In this document: positions 1-11,937 of the stretch, in pieces | Position numbering within the stretch: the stretch's first letter is position 1 | Layout of the letters: each line of letters starts with the position of its first letter | Source of the DNA: Geosiphon pyriformis uo1 | Taxonomy: Eukaryota > Fungi > Glomeromycota | Assembly (NCBI GenBank): GCA_016748015.1 | Contig: JAAOMT010000607.1 | Location: forward strand, 806,001-870,000 | Direction: 5' to 3' | DNA: 64,000 nucleotides | Notes under the pieces: model-generated | What the model was told of the DNA's origin: nothing | Databases searched by the model: none | What the model saw: the letters and a program-made list of their open reading frames with translations, nothing else | Translations under genes and position numbers: made by a program

Positions 1-14
1 GTGAAAAATGTGTT

Positions 15-830
15 ATGCCTTGTGATGACCAATGGTGTTTAGAATGTTATGCTTTTAGCATTCCTCTGCCAGATGAGAATAATGAAAATGAAATCGAATT
101 TGGAGTATCTGAACAAGTAGAAGAACTACCAACCACTCCCATCTATCTTTTTGAAAAGCAACCACCTCTACAACTTAAATATTTTGACAACCATGGCCAA
201 GGAATCAAACCAGAAAAAGCACACGAAATTGATACTGGATATGATCTAAGATACCCAGAAAAAGATACTTTGATTCTCCAACCAAAGTCTTTGACAAAAA
301 TCAATCTAAAAATTGCTCTTGAAATTCCACCAGGAGCAATAGTTCAAATTGCCTCCAGATCATCATTGGCAAGCAAAAAAATCAATATTAGAGGAAGAGT
401 TATAGATGCAGAATACACTGAAGACATTACCATCATATTACAGAATGAGACAGACAAACCATTCAAAATTGAACATGCTGAAAAAATTGCTCAAGCAATT
501 TACTTACCCTTAATCAACATTTCGGGTTTACAATCAGTAAACAACAGAGAACAATTGGGAAAAAGTGAAAGAGGAACTCAAAGTTTCGATTCAACTGGAC
601 AATTTACAGTTCCAGTAAACATAGTTCTTAATACACAAAATGAATCTCACCAGATTCTTCAACTTCCTCAGCCAATTACCATTTCATCTTTTGGAGAACA
701 TCACGAAATTTACACTTGCTCAAAACCCACCACTACACAACAAATCTTTGAATCCAATGAACAAATCTGTTTGAAGCATGAAATATCAATTTCAAATGTT
801 TATATTCCCAAAGGAATGAAAAAATTTTGA
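15..830 (+). pseudogene. Element A polyprotein segment with dUTPase domain (~171-599)
   Basis: Motifs TGYDL, RSSLA, RVIDAEYTEDI, KIAQAI and ERGTQSFDSTG match the five trimeric dUTPase motifs, with G>A erosion. Confidence 0.9.
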
Positions 831-1099
831 GTTACATTTTACAACCCCAATAATTACCCTATTGTTTTATTAAACAAATTAGAAATTGGAATCATACACA
901 GCAATATTTTTCAAGATAAAAACCCTCAAATTGTCTCTAATTTCATCGAAATTATAAAGCACACTCTACTCCCAAATCCAAATATCATTCCCATTACTGA
1001 AAACTACCACTTGTTGGAAGAAAAACTCTCTCAAATCAATATGAGTCCCTTAGAACCTTAACAACAAAGACAATTGAAACAATTGATAGCTGAATTTGC

Positions 1100-2291
1100 A
1101 GATATATTTGCAAAAGACAACAATGACTTGGGAAAAACAGATATTGTTCAACATCAAATCCATACAGGAGATGCTCTACCAAAACGTCAACAAGCTTATC
1201 GAGTGCCATCTGCCAGCCACCAATTGATCAGAGAAGAGATCCAATAAATGCTCAATAACGGATTGATTCAACCATTAAGAAGCCCTTGGGCCTTACCAGT
1301 AGTTTTGGTTAAAAAGAAAAACGGAAAAATTAGATTCTGTGTTGATTATAGACAACTGAATAGTGTTACAATTGGAGATGCCTACCCTCTTCCAAGAATT
1401 GATGACATGTTAGATGCTCTGAGAAAAGCCAAGTTCTTTTCAACTTTAGACCTGGAAAGTGGATACTGGCAAGTCGAAATGGACCCAAAAGATAGACCCA
1501 AAACAGCATTCACCACTCAAGAAGAAAATTATGAGTTTTAATGTTATGCCTTTTGGACTCTGCAATACACCAGCAACATTTCAGCGGCTTATAGATGTTG
1601 TCTATGAAGAGCTCTTGTGGCAATCAGTAGTTGTTTATCTTGATGATACTGATGTATACTCACCAAGCTTTGAAGTCCATCTCATTCACCTGCGAGAAGT
1701 TTTTCAACGATTACGAAAAGCAGGATTAAAGTTAAATATTGAGAAATGTCACTTTGGAAAAACAAGTTTGATCTTTCTTGGACACATAGTTAGTAAAGAT
1801 GGAATCAAACCAAATCCAGGAACAATCAATGCTGTCAAAAACTTTCAAACCCCCAGAAATACTACAGAACTAAGAGGATTTGTGGAATTAGCCTCTTACT
1901 ATTGAAAATTCATAAAAGGATTCTCAGAAATTGCCAAACCACTCAATTATCTTACCAACAAAAACGTACCATACAAATGGACTAAAGAACAACAAAAAGC
2001 TTTTGAAATTCTCAANNNNNNNNNNNNNNNNNNNNNNNNNNNNNNNNNNNNNNNNNNNNNNNNNNNNNNNNNNNNNNNNNNNNNNNNNNNNNNNNNNNNN
2101 NNNNNNNNNNNNNNNNNNNNNNNNNNNNNNNNNNNNNNNNNNNNNNNNNNNNNNNNNNNNNNNNNNNNNNNNNNNNNNNNNNNNNNNNNNNNNNNNNNNN
2201 NNNNNNNNNNNNNNNNNNNNATATTGTACACCACAAACCAGGAAAACTACATACCAATGTTGATAGCCTCTCAAGAATGAGACAAGATTAA
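1100..2291 (+). pseudogene. Element A reverse transcriptase / RNase H (frameshift ~1540, stops, N gap)
   Basis: SPWALPVVLVKKK, RFCVDYRQLN, YPLPRIDD, MPFGLCN, YLDD; ends HTNVDSLSRMRQD*. Confidence 0.93.
2016..2220. other. Assembly gap (N run)
   Basis: Run of n. Confidence 1.
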
Positions 2292-2348
2292 TACCAACAA
2301 CAATTCCACCACAACTTACCAACTTACCAACAAAATAACCAAACAAGA

Positions 2349-3716
2349 ATGGATCCCAGAAACTACAGCAATCTTAAAAATTATTTGGAGACCCTTACCA
2401 TACCAGAAAACTGGTCTCCAAGTGAAAAACACCGCTTACAACACCAATTAAAACAATATTTCATACACCAGAACAAAATTTATTATAAAAATCACAGAAA
2501 ACCAAACCAGCCACTCAGATTAATACAAGAGAATGAAAAAGAAACAATTTTATACAACATGCACACAGATCCGTCTTCAGCACACTCGGGAAAAGAGGGA
2601 ACAATTCAAAAAACCCTTGAACATTATTTTTGGCCTCACATGCAAAAAAACATTCGACAATATGTAGAATTTTGTAATAACTGCCAAAGAAGAGAAGGAA
2701 CTTGCCCCACAGAACCTTTAAATTCAATCAAAGTTGGACAACCTTTTAACAGAGTTGGAATTGATTTAGTCGGACCATTATCTATCACAACCCAAGGAAA
2801 TTGTTATATTGCAGTTGCAGTGGATTATCTTACCAAATGGTCTGAAGCTAGAGCCATCCAAAGAGCAGATGCAAAATCAGTAGCAAAATTCATCTATGAA
2901 GACATTATCTGTAGACATGGATGCCCAATTGAACTCTTATTTGATCAAGGAACACATTTTGTAAACAACTTGATACAAAAAATTTGTGAACAGTTCAATG
3001 TCAAAAGACCTCTATCATTACTTTATCACCCTCAAACAAATGGACTTGTAGAATGTTTCAACAAAATATTGTGTGAATCTTTAGCCAAAGTCTCAACAGA
3101 CTTTGAACAGGAATGGGATATCTTTATTCTATCAGTGTTACTAGCATACAGAACACTAAAACAAGATACTACAAAACACACACCATTTGATCTTACTTAT
3201 GGAAGAACAGCAATATTATCAATTAATTTCACAGTGGAAACATATCCAGTGCAACCAATCAATAAAGAAAACTTTCAAGAGACACTCCAAAGAAGAGCTT
3301 ACACTCTTCTTAATACACTGGAAGGAAAAAGAAGAATAGTAGCAGCTCATATTGAATATTCCCAAGCTTAACAAAAAGAAAGACATGACAACAAATTATC
3401 ATCTATTACCAACAAATTTAAAGTTGAAAATAAAGTTCTCTTACACAGAACTAAGGCTGAAAAACAATGGAGTGGGAAATTTGAAAACAAATGGGATGGA
3501 CCATTTTATATTCACGAAATTCTAGGCAATGGATCATATAAGTTAAGACTTGATGACAAAATATTAGCAAAAGTTGCACATGGAGACAGACTAAAACACT
3601 ATCATTCCAGAAACAATCCTGAACCATTAATTCCACAAATTGGTACACATTTCCCTTTAATTAATCTTGAAGATATTCCCCGAAATTTAGAATCAATAAT
3701 CATAATAGAACAATAA
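2349..3716 (+). pseudogene. Element A integrase (HHCC, DDE core, GPY/F tail); one internal stop at 3369
   Basis: H..H..CNNC, GIDLVGP, DQGTHF, YHPQTNGLVE, WDGPFYI. Confidence 0.93.
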
Positions 3717-3877
3717 CCAAACTTGAATACTTAAATTTTACAATAATTCTCCATAAAAACACAAAGACAAAAATAGTAAATAATTACAAAACACCCAAAC
3801 CCAAAAACAAATAAAAACTCCATATTCAAAAAATAATTTTTCTTTATTCTCTCTTTTCATAATTAGTCAATTTTATC

Positions 3878-4615
3878 ATGATTATTCCTCGAAATATTCA
3901 ACAAATATCCCAAAAATTAATGGTAGCCTTGAAAACACTCCCTGACTTATCTATAACGATTAATGGAAGTCAAATTAAATACATTCAGAAAGAAACCACA
4001 GCCCCAGTAGCAAATCATTTGCAGAACTATCACCCCTATAAAAAAGAAACAAAAAGTCACTCTGAGAATAAATTACCAAGACTTTTGAAGCAGGCACTAG
4101 AAAAAAATCTGCTAATTGCCCCTATTGACATTCCACCAAATGCTACAATGCAACAAAAACTACTACTACTTCTTAATAAACAGAACAATGAACACACCTC
4201 TAGCTATAAATATTTTCAAATTGGAAAAACACTTTATGAACGAAAACTGGAACTTAAAGCAACAAATCTCACTCCTGAAGTTATACAAAAACAAATCTAC
4301 AATGAATTCAAAACAGCAGCTGGACCAACAAACACTCGCTACAAACTTAGAGCAGCTTTTAGACTCTATGATTTGTTTAATACTTGTGAAAATGTTCTAC
4401 AAAATCCAATACTGCAATCAATGAAAGTCCAATACATTGGCAAACTCACAGAACTGAAATTTCAACAATTTTCAGACCAGATTACTTCAATCATTTTAGA
4501 TCACTATCTCAATATTACAGATAGTGCTTGGATTTCGACAGAGCTCAGTCTTGAGGAGGAGATTATGTTACCAGTAGAATTTTGGCTATTAATTAGCATG
4601 AAATTACCCTTATAA
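3878..4615 (+). CDS. Element A ORF3, accessory protein of unknown function in the env position
   Basis: Open 245-aa ORF between IN and LTR; homologous to the decayed ORF at 11938-12732. Confidence 0.75.
   Translation: MIIPRNIQQISQKLMVALKTLPDLSITINGSQIKYIQKETTAPVANHLQNYHPYKKETKSHSENKLPRLLKQALEKNLLIAPIDIPPNATMQQKLLLLLNKQNNEHTSSYKYFQIGKTLYERKLELKATNLTPEVIQKQIYNEFKTAAGPTNTRYKLRAAFRLYDLFNTCENVLQNPILQSMKVQYIGKLTELKFQQFSDQITSIILDHYLNITDSAWISTELSLEEEIMLPVEFWLLISMKLPL
4553..4565 (+). other. Polypurine tract of element A
   Basis: GAGGAGGAGATTA directly before TGTTACC. Confidence 0.8.
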
Positions 4616-5539
4616 TTCCTATAATTCATTAGTATATTAATATCATTTCAAATTATCATTTATTATTTAATCAATTATCACATATCACAATTCAATTAAA
4701 ATAATTTAATTAGTATAACAGAAAGTAAGATGATCAAATTACACAATACCCTGAACTTTGTAACATTCAAAAATTTGCTGAAATTTACAGAAATTCACCA
4801 AAATTATGAATAGTTTACCCAAATTAATCAATAGTTCAGCAAAATAACTTGTAGTTCATCAAAATGTATCTTTAGTTTGCCGGAATTTGGACAAAGAGAA
4901 AAAAGTGCAAGTTCATAAACTAGTACTACAACAAGTTGTATAAAAAAAAAGCTTTTCTCTTCTGAAAAATGTATCTTACTTTAGATTTATTACTTAGAAC
5001 CATTTCTATACACACAAAAAGAAATAAAAATCAAATAATTCAAAAAAACCAAATTTTTTAATTATTACACTTGAAAAATCCCCAAAACCCAACTAATATT
5101 TTGAAATTGATTAGCTACCAATTTCAGTAAACTGTTAGTGACTTCAGGCCTGAATAGAAAACGTTTCTCTTGACAAAAATTCTATTTCTTTTACATTTCT
5201 TTTATTTTCTTTTATTTTTTTTACTATAATCACTAAGATAACCTACAGACAAGATTCCTGTAGAAGAGTTGACTTTTACAGCAAAGTAACTACACATTTT
5301 TAGTAAGCTTTCAGACAAGCAATTCCTAAGAAAGAGTTGACGTTTACTACAATGTAACTACATAAAGTAACTGACAAGGAATTGGCCATTCTACTTATAA
5401 GCCCAGCAGTTCAAATTATAGGAGATAATTTGAAGATAAATTCAGTTATTGGAGGTTCAACTACTCCCTGAAAACGAGAATTCACAGCAAATCAACATTA
5501 CCAACATTTAAGAAAAGAGACCAAAAACCTCTGGTAACA
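4566..5539 (+). repeat. 3' LTR of element A (LTR family A)
   Basis: 9-bp terminal inverted repeat TGTTACCAG...CTGGTAACA; paralog at 30163-31140. Confidence 0.92.
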
Positions 5540-5568
5540 CCAGTAACACCCCACCCATTAACTGGATC

Positions 5569-8500
5569 ATGGCTTACTGGGATATCACTAAATTGGAAAA
5601 ATTCTCTGGTGAAGAAGATAACACATATTTTTGGATCACGGACGCCAAGAAAGCAATTACCACTAATGGTTGGAATGATGACCACACAATTTAGGCACTG
5701 CTGTTCTTTCTGACCAGAACTGCCAATTCATAGTACCAGAGCCTGACAGAGAAGCCTATCTCCTTTACCGAATTTAAACTCGCATTTCTACAATATTTCT
5801 GTAACCCCAATACGTTAATCCGATTGCAGAATCAATTCAGCATAATTAAACAAAAAGATCATAAAGCAGTAACTACTTATCTCGGATGATTTAATCAAAT
5901 CTTGCATCAAATATTAGCTATCGAAAGGGACTACTACACCGCGGCACAAGTTCTTAATTAATTCATTAAAGGATTGTGAAGTAGTATTCTAAGATCCATA
6001 AGACCCCGCCATTTGACTAGTTTATAAGACACCATTGCTCTCACTCGCAATTTTGAGTTTGCAGAACAAAAAGTGAACCATACTCATGCCATTAATTTAG
6101 CCATTAATGAAACCTCTGACATCAATGCAAAGATAACCCAATTGAGTGAGAAACTAACTCAGAAAATTGAAAGATTCTTAGCTGGAACTACAGGAACTTA
6201 CCAGCCACCCCAATGAAGAGAAAATAACAACAACAGCAGATACCCACAGCAACAGCAACAACCTTGGAGATCCAATTCCCGCAACTGTTACTATTGCCAG
6301 AAATCTGGACATATTGCCCGTGACTGTAGAAGGAAGATCATGGACCAAAATCAAGGAAACCTATACCAGCAACCCAGATATCAGCAAAACATGGTACCCC
6401 AATATTCTATACTTTAGAATCAACTGCCCCTATATGCACAACAAGTCCTGTATATTCAACCACCACCCCAGAATTATTATCAACCACCACCAATAACACA
6501 AGCAATTCCTCACTATCAAACTTCCCCTTACAGCCTGTTCAGACCTTGAGCTATAGACTATAATCAGGGATGGAGGAATCCCAACAACAATCAGGTACAA
6601 ACCAACAGTAGACCGTCTCGACCAATTTCTCGCAGTTCTGCCCAATCTTGACCAACACCAACTGGATACCCAAATCAAGCTTCCTATCTCAGTTTTATGG
6701 AAGACCAAGGTTTTAATAAATCTACACCTGTGGAAGGGAAAGATATAAAACAAATCTTCCAACCTTCCAAGCAAACAAAAAGCAATATCTCACCAGCCAC
6801 TATTACCAAAGACACCACCCTAGCCATCATATTTCCTTTTAACATCAATAATTTGAACATCCATAACCTTTTTAGTGAAGCAGCCATCAATCAAGATAAA
6901 CCAATAATGGCCCTATACACCGATGCCAGAGTCAGAGGAATAGACATTAAATTAATCCTGAATAGTGGATCAGCTGGTAACATAATCACAAAGCAGTTCA
7001 TGGACCAACTAGGTCATCAAGTAGACCATGCTGCTACCGCCCAGATCATTACAGCAGATAGAAACACAAAAACCCCAATAGGAGAAATTGACAACTTTCT
7101 CTTTGAGATTAATGGAATCCAAATCCCTACCAAAGTACTCGTTATGGAAGCTACTCAATATCAAGCTCTAGTAGAAAATGACTGGTTGTCAAAAGCCAAT
7201 GCTACTCTCGACTGGAACACCCAAGAACTTCAACTCATGTTCAATGGACAGCATGCCCGAGTTCCAGCTATGTGCAGACACTTTAAAACCCAATGTACTG
7301 AGGAACCCCTTATTGAATTTGAAAACACATCAATGCCACCAACCATCAAGACCTATCAGGTTTCATGGGCGGATGATTATCGAACTGAACTACTCTCACC
7401 ACCAACCTGGGAAGAAAAAGGAAAAGACAGAGCCAAAGAAAAACCCCAATCATCATCACTAGGATATGTAATCTCGGATCAAAGAAACTTATTTTACCAA
7501 CCCCCAAAACTAATATGTGTCAATTGTGGGAAAAAACTATCCACTATGGGCACATGTATCAGAGACAACGAAGAATGACCCACCGCCACCAAATACTATT
7601 GCAGACCTTGTTTACTGGAAAGATTTGGACAACCAAAACAACAAGGCAAATAGAACAACACGCTGTGCCTCGCATGTGATGAAATCCTGTCAGATGAAGG
7701 ATTCTGGAATGATGTGCCTAACAGAGGAGAAACATGTGACGAGGCTTGTCAATACACCATATTAATTAACGATTGGGTACGAAAGAAAACCCCCATCGAG
7801 GATGCTTGGAAATGAGCACTCAACAGGCTGGACAGTTATCTACATGATGACCATGAAATCTGGAGAATGGCAAGCACCAAGGCCAAAGGCACCACACCTG
7901 AAGAAATATGAGAAATCAAGAACAACTTTTGGACACCCAAATATAATGAACCTGACTACCCCAAGGATGATTTCTTCACAGATGACCCAGATGCATTTCA
8001 GAACCAATATCAGAAATTGGCCCCAACTTGCGAAGAACAGAAGCAAAGATTGGCCAATTTGAATACCAAATTGTGCGATCACTGTTTGATCCTCTGTCAC
8101 TTTCAGTACTACAACGAATGTAATCTTATGTTCAATCTGCCTTCAAGAATACTGTTTCCAATCACTGAACTACTTGAGCCCAAAGAAAAGGTATTGATCA
8201 CTGAGGACATGTCATTTCAAGATCCAACTGAGGATACCAAAACAGAACAGTATCTTGTGTATTCCAACCTATCCAAAGAACTAGAGCTAAAATGATATAG
8301 TAACAATGAGAAAGAAATCTGCCCTAAAAGAGTGCATGACACCAATGCCAGTTTCGATCTATGATACCCCAGACAATCACCCATCATTATAGCCCTACAT
8401 TCCCTCGTAAAAATAGATCTTAAGATAGTATTAGAAATTCCTGTTAGTACAATGGTACAAGTTGCCTCTCGATCTAGTCTAGCCAAGAAAAAAATCGACA

Positions 8501-10539
8501 TAAAAGGAAGAATCATCGATGCTGGTTATACAGAAAACATCATTGTGATGCTACAGAACAATTCAGACAGACCCTACAAAATAGAATCATAAGAAAAAAT
8601 TGCCCAAGCTATCTTCCTATCCCTAGTCAAAATATCCCAATTAACCCCGGTAACAACCTGAGAAGAGTTAGGTCTCACTGCCCGAGGAATCAACAGGTTT
8701 GGATCAAATAGAAGAGGAAGCGTACCAGTTAATTTCATGGAGGAAGACAGTAACCAGATAGAATTTATCAACACTGACACCATCATTTCCATTCCCCCAT
8801 ACTGATAATACATCCTCAAAATGAATCGAAAGATCCAAGATCAAGCCCTATTATTCAAAACCAGTTCCGAAATCTGTTCTCTAGCCGATATTGCTAATCT
8901 ATACCTACCAGCCAAAGCCCATAAACACTTCAAAATCCCCATCTACAACCCAACAAAAGATGTCATTGAAATTCCCGAAGAGACCTTCATCGGTTTCATA
9001 TCTGCAGATATTCAGAATTCTGAAAAACCCTAGTCTATTCCAGATTTCGCACAATTATTCTTATTCTGTGACATTACCTCACAAGTATAGAATTTGCCAA
9101 AAGAAAGTTACTTGTTCACACCAGAAGAGATCAATAAATTGAATTTAGGAAATTTAAGTACTCTGTAACAAATACAACTCAAAGTCCTTCTAAATCAATA
9201 TGCTGATGTCTTTGCCAGTGAAAATGAGTTCAGACACACCAACATCGTGAAGCATCAGATTGATATGGGAAACGCTTAACCAATTAAGCAACGAGCTTAC
9301 CGCATACTCCCATTTGGTGATAACCTAATTAAGCAAGAAGTACAATAGATGCTTGATAATGGCCTAATCAAAGAATCGTTAAGCCCTTGGTCCTCTCCAG
9401 TAGTTTTGGTCCCCAAGAAAAATGGAAAAGTGTAATTCTGCATAGATTATTTAAAACTAAATAGCATCACGTAAGGAGATAGTTATTCCACTCCCCTCAT
9501 TCAGGAAATTTTGGACAATCTAGGAAAAAAGAAATAGTTTTCATCATTAAATTTAGCAAGTGGTTATTGGCAAGTTTAAATAGACCCCAAAGACAAAGAA
9601 AAAACAGCATTTACTATTCAAGACGGAAAATTTGAATTTAACATAATGTTTTTTGGACTTTGTAATGCTCCTGCCATATTTCAATGCCTGATGGATGTAG
9701 TATACAAAGGAATCCTTTGGAAATCAGTAGTAGTCTACTTAGACAATACAAATGTGTTCTCTGAAACATTCAAAGACCATTTGCTCCACCTGCAACAAGT
9801 TTTCGAATGCTTTCGTAGTGCTGGATTGAAACTCAATCCTGAGAAATGCTTCTTTGGAAAAACCGAGTTAAAATTCTTAGGACATATAATCAGCAAGGAC
9901 GGAGTTAAACCCGATCCAGATAAAGTACAAAAAGTCAAGGATTTTCTAGCCCTAATCAACCTCAGAGAATTACAAGGATTTCTAGAATTGGCAGGATATT
10001 ATCATCAATTTGTCAAAGGTTTCTCGAACATCACAAAACCACTCCATCAATTGTTGTCCAAATACATACCATACTTGTGGAAGGAAGATCAACAGAAAGC
10101 ATTCGATTATCTTAAGCAGCAATTGATTACATTCCCAATCCTGATTTACTCAGATTTCATTAAATGGTTTATTGTCGCTACGGACACCTCGAAAAATGCT
10201 CTAGGAGCAGTCTTATCACAGATAAGACCAGACAATAGAGAACATCCAGTTGTCTACACTAGTCGCAGCACTAGCCCAACAGAAAAGAATTATAGCACAA
10301 CAGATCTGGAATGTCTCACCATTTATTGGGCTGTACAGACTTGGAAACATTACCTCAGTCAACTATTTAACCTATATACCGACCACAAAAGACTTATTTG
10401 ATTACTCAACAATCCACAACTAGAAGGAAAATATGTGAAATAGAGTACTTATCTGCAACAATTCCCACTCAAAGTCTATTACAAAAAAGAATTTAAGAAT
10501 ACCAATGCTGACAGTTTGTCAAAAATGCCACAAACCTAA
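5569..10539 (+). pseudogene. Element B gag-PR-ZnF-dUTPase-RT-RNase H polyprotein; one frame, many nonsense mutations
   Basis: Gag KFSGEED and knuckle CYYCQKSGHIARDC; protease LILNSGSAG (eroded DSG); dUTPase 8284-8712 (RSSLA, IIDAGYTE, KIAQ); RT YLDN (eroded YLDD); RH ATDTS, YTDH, NADSLS. Confidence 0.92.
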
Positions 10540-10549
10540 TCCCAGACCC

Positions 10550-11917
10550 ATGGATACACTCACTTATCAATGACTACATCAGTACCTATTGACACTACGT
10601 TTCAAGGAGATATTATCTCAACAGGAACAGAGTACCATACGAAAACAAGCCCAAAATTATTTTATTCAAGACAACCAACTATATCGACAAGAATGCCGAG
10701 ACTACCCCAACCCACAATAACTAATCAAGGACAGTGAAAGAGAAACTATACTATATAGTGTGCACTCAAATCCAACTGCAGGACACTTTAACAAAGATGC
10801 TACCCTCGAAAGAACACTAAACTTATACTATTGGCCAACGATGTACAAAGACATTTTTAAATATGTGCTTAATTGTGACGCATGCCAGCAAAGAGGAGGA
10901 GCAAAATCAACAGAACTACTTTGACCCATTCCAGTTGGAAATCCATTTAATAGAATTGGAATTGACTTGGTTGGATCTCTTTCAATTACATCCCAAGGAA
11001 ATCACTATATTGCTGTAGCCATAAACTATCTTACAAAATGGCCAGAAGCCAGAGCAATCCAAGTGGCTGATGCTAAAACAGTAGCCAAATTTGTGCATCA
11101 AGACCTAATTTGCCAACATGGATGTCCAAAAGAATTATTATCTGATCAGAGAACACACTTCATTAATAATATGCTGACTGAACTAAGCCAACAGTTTGAA
11201 ATAAAGAGACTCTTATTGTCACCATACCACCCACAAATAAACGGACTGGTAAAACAATTTAACAGAACACTGTGTGAAGCACTAGCAAAAATAAGTCATG
11301 AAAACAAACAAAAATAGAACTTATTCATACATTCTGTACTCTTTGTATACCAAACATTGAAACAAAATATGACTCAGTTCACACCATTCGAATTAGTCTA
11401 TAAAAGAAAAGCTACATTACTGATTGAATGAGTGATACCATCATACTCAACAGAAACAATCAATGAAGAGAATTTTGAAGCTACTTTATACCAAAGAACG
11501 TACCAGCTAATGGAAACATTGGAAAACAATCAAAGAACAGCAGCTAACAATATTAGTCACACTCAAAAATGACAAAAAGAAAGACATGATAAACATCTAT
11601 CAGAACAACCAATGAAATTCAAGATTGGAAACCAAATACTGTTATATCATACAAAAGCTGAGAAACAGTAGAATGAAAAGTTCGACCCAAAGTGGGACAG
11701 TTCATTCCACATACACAAAGCATTAAGAAATAGAGCTTACAAATTACGATTGGAAGACAGGATTTTAAAGAAAGTAGCACATGGAAATTGGTTAAAAATT
11801 TATCATGAAAAACAGAAATCATCATTATCAGTACCTTAACTAGGAACACAAATTTCATTAATCAGACCAGAAGATATATCACAAGATCTGGAACCAATCA
11901 TTGTTATCGAAACATAG
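10550..11917 (+). pseudogene. Element B integrase, separate ORF in +1 frame
   Basis: Starts MDTLTY; HHCC, GIDLVG, SDQRTHF, YHPQINGLV; ends EPIIVIET*. Confidence 0.9.
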
Positions 11918-11937
11918 ACAACAGGCAGCAAATTAAA

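Larger units (their letters stand above)
1..5539 (+). mobile_element. Ty3/gypsy LTR retrotransposon A (5' part outside window), inserted in gag of element B
   Basis: Order dUTPase, RT, RNase H, IN, ORF3, PPT, 3' LTR; right flank resumes inside a gag frame. Confidence 0.93.

Noticed and set aside
1924-2346. ORFs spanning the N gap, and the many short antisense ORFs over TEs and genes
   Set aside because: Gap artefacts or shadow frames with no motifs
3590-3716. Chromodomain at the integrase C-terminus
   Set aside because: Tail is short and lacks chromodomain aromatic motifs
3878-4615. ORF3 as an envelope gene
   Set aside because: No signal peptide, fusion peptide or credible TM helix; the hydrophobic tail is read-through into the LTR
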